A stretch of 64,000 nucleotides of DNA from assembly GCA_053919585.1 (NCBI GenBank), contig CM132788.1, one strand, 5' to 3'. This DNA comes from Euprymna scolopes (taxonomy: Eukaryota). The notes beneath the pieces were generated by a model. That model ran no database searches, was not told where the DNA came from, and saw only the letters and a list, made by a program, of their open reading frames with translations. The position numbers were made by a program, and so were the translations under genes. The first letter of the stretch is position 1, and every line of letters starts with the position of its first letter. Of this stretch, positions 1 through 10,825 are shown piece by piece.

Positions 1-18
1 TATATCTTCTTCTATCTA

Positions 19-1976
19 TCTATATAAATAAAATGAACTCATTTTTTCCCGTCTGATTTTGACATTAATAGGATTAAAAATCAAGATATTTCATGCAAAT
101 ATAATATGCACAAACGGCAGAACAATATCTGAGGTGTGTTATAGGCTTATTATTTCTCAAATTCCTCGATAATCTTAGATTTCTATGCTTTTTCTGCTGA
201 GAAGTCACGGCCAAAATCGGTTAAGATCAATGGAAGTGGTAAAATATCTTCTCTCTAATAAATTCCTCCTCCCCCTGCCACCACTTAACACCGTTTGGGG
301 ATCGTTCGCAAGGAACAGTTGAGAAGAGAACACCGGTTTGGCTTCGTAGTTCTTTCATGTGAAGTTATTTAAAATCACTAAACTAAGCTGCAGTGCTCTG
401 TGGCGTAGTGGTTAGCGTGCTGGACAATTCACATTATATTTTCACGTTCGCGCCGACCTACCGTAGTCGTTTTTTTTTTTCCTAAACAACTGGAATGAAC
501 TTTTCTTGGTGGCCGAACTGTTAACGCTGCAGATGCTTTTTTTGTTTTTTTTTTCACAGTTTATTTTCCTACTTTTACTCATGACTCCGGGTTTGATCCT
601 TCCTACTTGCCTACCATAACATTTTTTAAAACTCCCCCCCCGTCCCGGAAACAAACACTCGGGCAACGCCGGGTACCCCCGCTATTCTATATAAATAAAA
701 TGAACTCATTTTTTCCCGTCTGATTTTGACATTAATAGGATTAAAAATCAAGATATTTCATGCAAATATAATATGCACAAACGGCAGAACAATATCTGAG
801 GTGTGTTATAGGCTTATTATTTCTCAAATTCCTCGATAATCTTAGATTTCTATGCTTTTTCTGCTGAGAAGTCACGGCCAAAATCGGTTAAGATCAATGG
901 AAGTGGTAAAATATCTTCTCTCTAATAAATTCCTCCTCCCCCTGCCACCACTTAACACCGTTTGGGGATCGTTCGCAAGGAACAGTTGAGAAGAGAACAC
1001 CGGTTTGGCTTCGTAGTTCTTTCATGTGAAGTTATTTAAAATCACTAAACTAAGCTGCAGTGCTCTGTGGCGTAGTGGTTAGCGTGCTGGACAATTCACA
1101 TTATATTTTCACGTTCGCGCCGACCTACCGTAGTCGGTTTTTTTTTTCCTAAACAACTGGAATGAACTTTTCTTGGTGGCCGAACTGTTAACGCTGCAGA
1201 TGCTTTTTTTGTTTTTTTTTTCACAGTTTATTTTCCTACTTTTACTCATGACTCCGGGTTTGATCCTTCCTACTTGCCTACCATAACATTTTTTAAAACT
1301 CCCCCCCCGTCCCGGAAACAAACACTCGGGCAACGCCGGGTACCCCCGCTAGTATATAAATAAAATGAACTCATTTTTTCCCGTTTGATTTTGACATTAA
1401 TAGGATTAAAAATCAAGATATTTCATGAAAATATAATATGCACAAACGGCAGAGGTGTATTATAGGCTTATTATTTCTCAAATTCCTCAATAATCTTAGA
1501 TTTCTATACTTTTTCTGCTGGGAAGTCACGGCCAAAATCGGTTAAGATCAATGGAAGTGGTAAAATATTTTCTCTCTAATAAATTCCTCCTCCCCCTGCC
1601 ACCACTTAACACCGTTTGGGGATCGTTCACAAGGAACAGTTGAGAAGAGAACACCGGTTTGGCTTCGTAGTTCTTTCATGTGAAGTTATTTAAAATCACT
1701 AAACTTAGCTGCAGTGCTCTGTGGTGTAGTGGTTAGCGTGCTGGACAATTCACATTATATTTTCACGTTCGCGCCGATCTACCGTAGTCGTTTTTTTTTT
1801 TTTTTCCTAAACAACTGGAATGGACTTTTCTTGGTGGCCGAACTGTTAACGCTGCAGATGTTTTGTTTTTTTTTCACACTTTATTTTCCTACTTTTACTC
1901 ATGACTCCGGGTTTGATCCTTCCTACTTACCTACCATAACATTTTTTACCCCCCCCCCGTCCCGGAAACAAACACT
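19..1976 (+). mobile_element. Head-to-tail array of ~3 copies (667-bp period) of a non-autonomous Helitron
   Basis: Units start TCTATATAAATAAAATG (19, 686; 1353 lacks TC) and end in the GC hairpin CGGGCAACGCCGGG followed by CTAT (682-685) or CTAG|T (1349-1353). Copies 1 and 2 are near-identical. Copy 3 is more diverged and truncated just before the hairpin. Confidence 0.8.
394..460 (+). other. tRNA-derived (tRNA-Arg-like) segment with Pol III A/B-box-like motifs inside each Helitron unit (also ~1061-1127, ~1714-1780)
   Basis: GCTCTGTGGCGTAGTGGTTAGCGTGCTGGAC resembles the 5' half of tRNA-Arg(TCT). A-box TGGCGTAGTGG at 401-411, B-box-like GTTCGCGCC at 446-454. No intact cloverleaf. Confidence 0.55.
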
Positions 1977-2289
1977 GGACAAATTTGACGTATCCTCGGC
2001 AGACCCCCAGGCTTTGGAGTTTGTGGTGTCATAACTTTAATTACTATTTATCAACTATTGCTTCATCAAATCCTGATAAACTCGAAGTTTTTTTATTTAA
2101 TCATCGGCCCCACCGTTGCTGACGTTATCGAGGGTTGTTCAGGATTTGAACATGCTGTCGAATTACTGAAAGGTGTTTACGACAAGTCTCCAAGCGGTTT
2201 ACATGCTAGACATTTGCTTTCCACGCGTCTGCAACAAGAAAACGAGTCTGTCGACTTCAGGTCTTGAATCGACTTGCCGCTGACTGTTA

Positions 2290-3632
2290 GCAGTGTCAGA
2301 AATCGTCAGTAAAAATTCGTGGTAAAACACTGGAATATTTAGACTTACTGTTTTTCGAAGCTTATAACTTATAAATATAATTCAACCCCTATATTTTTTA
2401 ATTAAAGGAGTAAAGACCAAAATTTAAAAAAATAGGTTTTAATAGCAAATTATGCAATATTTGTTTTTTTTTAAATCGGTTTTCTATAAAAAAAAGATTT
2501 AAAGAAAATCAATGAAAGTTTACTTACTTCGATTATAAAAAATATATATAAATTCCAAAAAATCATTTGCCTACAAAAAATACTATTCAATGTGTACTTC
2601 CATTGTTCATTGTTAAGAATTTATCCATATTTATACTTATATTCCATGTCCCTTTTAAATAAAATACTTTCTTAAAACAAGGATACAAAAAGACGCGAAC
2701 TCAGATTTTTTTCACTGTTCAAATAAAGGGAGACAAATATCTGATATTCTTCACGTTTATCTTCCGGTGACTTCTAAGGGACATAATTAATGTCTCTTTC
2801 TATTGCGTGCTGTAATCTAAAATTAGTATCTTGGGGCCTTCTTAAAGGAGTATTAAAATATATCAATGAAAAACTCATGTATTTCATTAAGAGGATAAAA
2901 AAGTCGGTCGACTGAAATTTATTTTAATATCTAAAAAAAAAGAAAACATTGAATGAAATAGAAAAAATTGTCGTAAGCGCCCGATATTTACTTGACATTC
3001 TAAGCTTCCACTTAAAAAAAAAAGAAATCAACGTGTTTTTTTTTAAAAAAAAGATTTTACACTTTGGATTTTACATGTAAATTTCCAAAAAAAAACCCAC
3101 TTCTTTTTTGTTGTTTTAAATTAGAATATTTTATTTATTGCTTTTTATCTTCAATTTGTGATATATAAAACTTTGGTACGTAAATTAGTTATTTAAATTT
3201 TAATAGACATTTCAAAATGGGGGGGGTGAATTAAAAAAAAACGTTTGTCTAAAATATTATATTTGGTTTATTGGAAAGAGCATAAAATTTCACATTGACC
3301 CTGAAAATATCGTAAATATTGAACCAATAGAAAAATTTTGATAGATTTTTAAAGTTTAAAAATTGAAAAATATTTAACTCGTAAAATTCAATAGATTTCA
3401 TTATGTAAAAAAAAAAAATGGCTGCATGAAGGCGCGCCGGCACTTTGTAAACACTGTTTGTTTTTTTTAATAAAAAAATAATATTTCTATTATTTTTTTA
3501 ACAACTTTAATATTTTATGTTGGAAGTATATTCCATAAAGAAAATAAACAGCCCACTTTAAAAAGAGAGTTTTTTTTATATTTTATTCGCAGTTTGTGTT
3601 AGGGGTGTCAAACATTCCCCCCAAAAACCTAA
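2290..3632. mobile_element. AT-rich non-coding insertion into gag of element A
   Basis: Flanked by CTGACTGTTA (2280-2289) and CTGATTGTTA (3633-3642). Removing it restores gag LAADCYFKDVTA. No clear TIRs or ORF. Confidence 0.7.
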
Positions 3633-5659
3633 CTGATTGTTACTTTAAAGACGTTACTGCTACTACTTACAGGGACGAATCTGTCCGTGATGCATTTATC
3701 CGTGGTCTCTGGTCCTCAGTAATACGTGCTAGACTACTTGAAACTGATACGCTAACTCTCAAAGAGGCTACTCAATGTGCTAGGGCTTCAGAACAAGCCC
3801 CCTTTCGTGCTGAATCATACGCTTATCCGATTGGAGCAGGCGCTACTACTACTACTTCTATTAGAACTAACAATGTGTTTACTGATCCTGCCGATGAGGC
3901 CACTATTACTAAAATTTCTGATTCTACTGGTTCTCGTATGAAGTGTGACTCTGCAATTGTCTGCTGCCTTTCCTGCTCATGGCAAGTGTTATAACTGTGG
4001 AGGGAAGCCGCCACTTTAAGGATGATCGCCGTCATTTTCCTGTCCGCGATAAGGTATGTCGAAACTGTGGTAAACTCGCTCATTTCTCCAAATTTTGCCG
4101 TTCTACTATGCCGACACTTTTACTGCTATTATGGTAGCCCATGCTAAAGGTGGTGATAGGTTCCCTCCCATTACTAAAATTGTTGAATTAAAAGGAAAAA
4201 ATTAACTGCCCTCATAGACACCGGCAGTTCTGATAACTTTATCAGTGCTCGTATTGTAAAAACAATTAAGCTGTCTACTTCAAAACGTAATTCCGTAATT
4301 TCCATGGCATCATCCGCCGTTTCCCTCAAACTATCGGAATATTGCATGGAGAACATTTCCTTCATTGGTTGCGAATATAAAGAAATTGACTTTACAGTGC
4401 TTCCTGATTCCTGTATGGATATTCTACTCGGAGTGCCTTTTTTAAAACTACATCAGGGTATCACTATTTCTTTTGGTGGACCTTAGGATATTCTAAAAAT
4501 CTGCGCCCTAACCAAGATCAGCTGTGCCTCTGTGAAATTGTTTCGAAACTTAACCCCTGATTGCAAACCTATTGCTACTAAATCCTGAAATTACCGTGCG
4601 GAGGATGCTCGATTCATTGAAAAGAAAATTCTACAACTGCTTGAGGATAATGTAATTGAAACAAGTTATTCATCATGGTGTGCTCAGATTGTTGTGACTT
4701 CGTCGCCTTATAAAATGAAACGATTATTGATTTCTCCCAAACTATTAACCGTTTCACCTTAACTTGATTCATACTTTTTGTTCGGATTGAGGATCTCGTG
4801 AACCAAATAGCCCAATATCGTATATTTAGTACAACTGACTTATCCAAAGCGTACTAGCAGATTGAAATCTGTCTCGAAGATCGGCCCTTCACGGCCTTTC
4901 AAGCTGGAAATCGTTTGTACCAATTCAAACGAATACCCATGGGTGTCACTAATGGGGTTTCTGTTTTTCAACGTTTTATAAATTCTTTCATTTCTGACAA
5001 CAAATTATCTGGAACTTTTTCATATATAGATAATATTATTTGTGGTAAAACTCAGGAGGCACGTCATGTTCATTTGGAATGTTTTTTAAAGGCTGCCTCG
5101 AAATAAACCAAGAAAAATCAACGGTTTCACTTCATTTCATCAATTTGCTTGGGTACCAAATTTGTAACGGGACTATACAACCAGACCCTGAGCGTTTGAA
5201 ACCTCTTTTACAAATGCCTCCTCCTTTCAATTCAGATTCGTTAAAGAGGTGTCTTGGAATGTTTTCGTACTACGCGGAATGGGGACCTTCACACATAATT
5301 TATCCACTGAAAATAAACAATTTCCCATGCCTCCTATAGTTACCAATTCCTTTGAAAAACTTAAGAAGGACGTTGCGGAAACGTCTGTAAAAAAAATTGA
5401 TGATGAATTTGAAGAGGAAGAATCAAACGGTTAGACAAGTGCACATACCACGCTTGCTTCAATTTTTATACTCCATAGTAAAAAATAACCAGAAACATGG
5501 ATTGTTAGCGTAGAGTAAAAAAACCCACGAGATATTCTCTTTTATTTACATTGGAATAAAAAAAAAAGTAAAAAGGAAGATAATCCCTAGAGAATTTTCT
5601 AAGAACAAGAGCAGACAACTCTTTTAGACTGTTAGACATTGATATTGCTGACAGTCTAA

Positions 5660-6243
5660 ATTTCCAGTTCTTTAAGACCTAACAGTTCCCCGAACTTCAC
5701 AAACTGTGTGCTCACAAGTTTTTTTGTTAGTATGTCTTCTACCATGTCTTTACTCTGACAGTACTCCAGTTTAACTGTTTTCTTTTCCATCATAGTGGAA
5801 TTTAATGTCAACATGTTTGGCCCTTCCATTATGCTGTGGATTCTTTGCCATACATATTGTTGACTGATTATCCTCGTAGATAAGTGTTGGTGTAACTGAG
5901 GTTTTTAATAAAGCACCTTGAAGGCGCTGCATCCAAACAGCCTCTTGTGCCGCACTAGCTATCAATAGCTTTTCGTCCACTGGGCAATTCCGTAAGATCC
6001 CATTACATATATTAGTATGTAAGGAGGAAATTTCACTTTCCATTGCTTTCATCCATTCATTTTTCTGAAGACTGGACAGTGCTTCTCTCATCGTCAATGG
6101 GTCATTTAAACTATGAGCTATGTAAACCCATTCACCATATCTATCTGGAGCTTTCTTTATTCTTCGTGATCTTTGAGGTACTGTTTCCTGTGTGTGTTTC
6201 ACTAGGTCCTTCCACCTCCTGCAAGTTGTCGTCGTCGTCATCG

Positions 6244-6283
<40 letters not shown>

Positions 6284-7453
6284 AGTTGCCTTGATATTCA
6301 ATTTCTACTGGTGATGGGTTTGCTACTTCCTTTTTCTCCTGTTCAGCTATTGAACCTGTTTCATTGAATATGACATCTCTACTATGGAATACTCTAGATT
6401 TTCTGGTATCATAGAGTCTGTACCCCTTTAAGCCAATACCATAGCCAAGAAATATGCTTTTCTTTGCTTTGGAATCCATTTAAAATCTTTTATCCTTTGG
6501 TACGTGGACAAAGGCATTACATCCAAAAATGCATAAATGTTTCACATTAGGTTTGTGACTCTTCAATACTTTATATGGCGCCATACCCTGTACAGCAGTT
6601 GTTGAGCTCCGGTTTCGAATATATAAAACCTTTGCCCAAAATACTTTAGGCAGCTTCGAATCTGATAACATTGCTCGCACTGTTTCCACTAAAGTTCGAT
6701 TCAATTTCGGCTACTCCATTTTGCTCTGGAGTTTTGGGAACAGTATATTCATGTCGAATACCCTCCCTTTTCAAATAATCTTCAAATTCTCTTGAAGTGT
6801 ATTCTCCACCATTGTCAATGCGTAGGATTTTTATATTATGCCCAGCTAATTTCTCCACCATGGCTTTCCATTCCAGGAACATTTTAAAGGCATCTCTCTT
6901 GTGCTTGAGCACATATATCCAAACAAATCTTGATTTATCATCAATAAATGTTATGAAATATTCAACGCCACCAAACGATTTTGCCTCTATCCTCCCACAA
7001 ACATCGCGATGCACGATTCCTAGGAGTTGAGTGACTCGCTTTCCACCAGATTTTAGAAATGAGGAACGATGGTGGTTCACAAAAGTTTTTATCTTTGGTT
7101 ACATCATAGTCAAGGCCAGTTACGAGCTGGTCCTTTACTAGTTTTTGTAAACTATTTTCTCCAAGGTGGCCAAAACGTTTATGCCAAATTTCCTCTTTTG
7201 TGATACTACCTAAGCAGGAGTTCGCTGTATGAGTTGCTTCATTTACGTCACTGCAGTTCAAATAAAAGATGTCCCCAATGTTTGAACCTGTAGCCACTAT
7301 TTTTTGTCTGTTATCCAGTAGTTGATATCCTAAGTTATCAAAAATACATGTTTTTTTTTCAGATTTAGTGGCTCTAGAAACACTTAATAAATTGTAAGAC
7401 AATTTAGGAACATATAAAGTATCATATAACCTGCATTTTTTGGTATTTCCCAT
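5660..7453 (-). pseudogene. pol: Copia pol remnants: GAG-pre-integrase, integrase, RNase H
   Basis: IWHKRFGHL, VHRDVCG, IDDKSRF, IDNGGEY, TPEQNGVAE, FLGYGIGLKGYRLYD, IYEDNQSTI..RAKHVDIKFH. Multiple frameshifts. Confidence 0.9.
6226..6283. repeat. (TCA/TCG)n trinucleotide microsatellite (poly-Asp in the Copia IN-RT linker frame)
   Basis: gtcgtcgtcgtcatcgtcatcatc... run; ORF 6141-6479 shows a long poly-D tract. Confidence 0.9.
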
Positions 7454-8459
7454 CTGGTACGTTCACATTTAGTTCTATTGTTCCTGTTCCTAGTGCCTCA
7501 ACAGAGAATCCATCACCAAGGGTAATTTCCTCTGTTACATCCAATTTTCTGAAATTTATGAATTTCTCAACATCATGACACATGTGACATGTTGCTCCGG
7601 AGTCCACAATCCAGTTGCTCCTTTTATCCTCGGATAATAACGCATGATGTGTGAGGAGTCCAACAATGCAATCACTAGAGTCACTTGATTCACCCTGTGT
7701 TTTCTTCGTGAAAAAAACTTTCTTTTTCCGAGGGTTCGACTTGAAATTGCCGTTATTTTTAAGTGAGCGACAGTCACGTTTAATGTGCCCGTTCTTCCCG
7801 CAGTGATAACACTTTGACACCCTTTTGTTAACGCGGTGTTTAGACGCCATGGCTTTCAATTCGGTATCATTTAGTTCCCTCTCTTTAATCTTGGTTTCCT
7901 CATGCAGCAATCGTTCAGTGACTAACACCCATTTAGGAACGTCCTGGCTTGCTTTGAGTGCTGTTGCCAACATATTATAAGACTCTGGGAGAGTAGCCAG
8001 AAAATGAACAACTCTATCCTCCTTATCAATTGAATCGCCAATGACTGCTAATTCACCGAATATTTCCATCGTAGTTTTGATGTGTTCATGAACGTAATCG
8101 CCGTCTTTTAATCTAAGAGAATATAATTTTCTCCTCAATGCTAACTTGTTCGCCCACGTCTTCTTTTGAAACTGATTAGCCAATTTCTTCCACACTAATG
8201 CGGGATGGTCAGGGTCTCCAAATAAATATAAGAATGAAGTTTCCACCGATAGCACAATCGTCGCTAATGCACGATCCCTTCTTGATAAATATTTTACGTG
8301 CGATGCAGAATCTGTTCGTTTATCGGGAACGATTTCCGTTTCATTAACAATGTTCCATAAACCATCCTTAATTAAAGCCATTTTACATTGAACCTTCCAA
8401 GTATTATAATTTGTACCATTTAGTGGCACCAAGTTACTAAGTTTTGTTTCCATCGCCAT
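7422..8459 (-). CDS. gag: Copia Gag-protease ORF (345 aa; frameshifted from the rest of pol)
   Basis: LNGTNYNTWK, CYHCGKNGHIKRDC zinc knuckle, WIVDSGATCHM protease motif. Confidence 0.9.
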   Translation of the reverse strand: MAMETKLSNLVPLNGTNYNTWKVQCKMALIKDGLWNIVNETEIVPDKRTDSASHVKYLSRRDRALATIVLSVETSFLYLFGDPDHPALVWKKLANQFQKKTWANKLALRRKLYSLRLKDGDYVHEHIKTTMEIFGELAVIGDSIDKEDRVVHFLATLPESYNMLATALKASQDVPKWVLVTERLLHEETKIKERELNDTELKAMASKHRVNKRVSKCYHCGKNGHIKRDCRSLKNNGNFKSNPRKKKVFFTKKTQGESSDSSDCIVGLLTHHALLSEDKRSNWIVDSGATCHMCHDVEKFINFRKLDVTEEITLGDGFSVEALGTGTIELNVNVPDGKYQKMQVI

Positions 8460-8589
8460 TGTACATTTAAAAGCAATACAAAACTTTCACTACAACAAAA
8501 TTCAAGATGGCCGTACAAGAAAAAAAAAAAATACCGTCACACGTGTTCTATTATCTTCAAGACGTTGACTGGGCCATAACCTATGAAGA

Positions 8590-8845
8590 TCTAATCGAAA
8601 AAAAACCTGGACTCGATTCTCAGCGACACTCTCCACTCTAACCAGGTTCCACCCGGTTCTCGAGAACTCAACGGCTCGACTCACCCAAACATCTTAACTC
8701 CCGGCCTTATATTATCTCATTTATGCAAATTAATGCACAATCGAACCTGATGATTTGTTGCCTTCTCCTCTCCCATCGCTCGGGTTTCGAGTTCGCACAT
8801 GCAGCCCACCTCCGTGACTGCAGTCGTACTACAATTTCCACTACA
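8590..8845 (-). mobile_element. Solo LTR inserted 6 bp inside the end of the Copia 5' LTR
   Basis: TSD GAAGA (8585-8589, 8846-8850). Termini TCTAAT (mutated TG) and CTACA. Absent from the other Copia LTR. TATA-like ATATAAGG on the minus strand. Confidence 0.8.
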
Positions 8846-10825
8846 GAAGAGGAAGAATCAAACGGTTAGACAAGTGTACATATCTCGCTTGCTTCAATCT
8901 TTATACTCTATAGTAAAAAATAACCAGAAACATAGATTGTTAGCATAGAGTAAAAAAAAATACGCACGAGACGTTCTCTTTTACATTGGAATTAAAACAA
9001 AAAGTACAAAGGGAGATAATCACTACAGAATTTTTTAAGAACAAGAGCAGATAACTCTTTTAGACTGTTAGACATTGATATTTTTAACAGAATTACCATT
9101 TACTATTGAAACCGATGCCCCAGAAAAAGCTGTCGGAGGCACTCTCCTACAGGCTGAGAGACCTGTAGCATTCTTTTCTAGATCGCTAAACCCATCTGAA
9201 ACACGACTTCACATAGTCGAGAAAGAGGCTTATGCCATAGTCGAGTGCATCCGAAAATGGAGGAATCTCCTTGCTGGGAAGCAGAAGCACTTACTATTGT
9301 AACAGACCAGCAAGCCGTATCTTTTATGTTTAAACCTGCTAACCGAGGAAAAATTAAAACTTATACGGTGGAAAATGGAACTTTTCCCGTTGTGATACGA
9401 CATAAAAAAAAAACCGCACCGGAAGTGAAAACATTGTTGCCGATGCATTATCGAGAGTATGTGGTGCTGCTGCTTCTTCCTTGGAGAAAGTAAAGTCACT
9501 ACACAATTCATTAATACATCCTGGAACAAAATATGCCATATTCAATTGATGAAGTCCGGCGTGTGACATCTGAATGTATGACTTGTGCCAAAATAAAACC
9601 TCAATTCTTCAATTCTACTAATAATACACTGCTCCCTTTCAGCGCCTCTCCATAGACTACAAAGTACCTGTCCTGGTATCTTCGACGGGATATCATTATA
9701 TATTTACTGTCATCGATGAATACAGTCTATTTCCTTTTGCTTTCCCTTGTCGCGATTGTTCTTCGCAAACCACAATCCAGTGCCTGACAAATATTTTCTC
9801 CATATTCCCCTCATTTATCCATTCCGATCGAGGAACTTGGTTTTGTCGGAAGAATTCAAAAATTTTTTGACGCGACTTGGAATTGGATCCAGCAACACTA
9901 CTGCATATAAACCCACGAGGAAACCGTCAATGCAAGCGTTACAACGGCATTATTTGGAACACCTAGACGATTACCAGTTAGCGCTTGGCAGGATGTTCTA
10001 CAGGATGTTTTAAATGTTATTCGCTCCCTGCTGTGCACTATTACAAATGCAACTCCTCACGAACGCATGTTCAACTTTGAAAGGCGCTCTTCTACTGGTA
10101 CTGCTTTACCTGTTTGGCTCTGTGACCCTGGGGAGGTACTATTAAAACGGTTTGATAACAGGAACAAATATGACCCGATTGTCGAGGTAGTGGAACTCCA
10201 CGAAGCTAACCCTACATATGCAAGAATACGACATAATGATGGCTGGGAAGATTCAGTAGCGCTGAGACATCTAGCTCGCTTTCCACGCTCTGATAGACCT
10301 CAAAATCCTGCTAAAAGTATTCAACCCGACATTGGAAATGCAGACCCGATCCAGTTGACCGGAACAAGCCCTGTTAGTACTACACTGAATACAGAAGATG
10401 AATTTGACTAAAATAGTCAGAACCCTGGGAACCAACTTTCCCAGAGGATCACCGGTCCTTCGAATAGCGAACTACCTCCACGCCGATCTAATAGAATTCG
10501 CAGACCAGTCCAGCGACTGGATTTATAAAACAAAAAACTATTTACAATCACTTTTACAAGTGGAGGAGATTGTTATATTTTCATTTAAATTATTTTGTTC
10601 TTACTATTTAAAAAAAATGCAAATTCAGTTTCTGTCCACGTAATTTTGAACGCGTTCCTTTGTCTTTAAGAGACTGAGTTCTTTCCCTCTTGCTTTAGTA
10701 GCTGTGAATTTTATTCAATAAAGCCTTGGAAAGAGGTTTGTTTTACACCTTCATTCATTTACAACACTACAAATAGTTAACTGAAAATAATCATCGTATA
10801 AGAAAACCGAAACGACTAATAAGGA

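Larger units (their letters stand above)
5410..9089 (-). mobile_element. Copia LTR retrotransposon with internal deletion of RT, inserted between RT and RNase H of element A
   Basis: TSD GAATT (5405-5409, 9090-9094). LTRs ~5410-5652 and 8584-9089 (split by an insert). PBS GGTTATGGCCCAG (8569-8581, half-tRNAiMet type). Domain order gag-PR-IN-(RT lost)-RH. Confidence 0.93.
1977..10766 (+). mobile_element. Degenerate Gypsy LTR retrotransposon A (5' LTR missing), interrupted by two insertions
   Basis: gag remnants (HARHLLSTRLQQENESV; RDAFIRGL), protease ALIDTGSS ~4208, RT (YQFKRIPMGVTNG, SYIDNI), RNase H (FTIETDA..EKEAYAIVE) resuming at 9090, integrase remnants, PPT AAGTGGAGGAGA, 3' LTR TGTTAT..ACAACA 10571-10766. 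Confidence 0.9.

Noticed and set aside
394-470. Functional tRNA gene in the Helitron unit
   Set aside because: The anticodon region is unrecognisable and no 3' acceptor strand pairs with the 5' end.
442-1333. Duplicated 74-aa ORFs
   Set aside because: Incidental frames across T-rich non-coding Helitron repeats.
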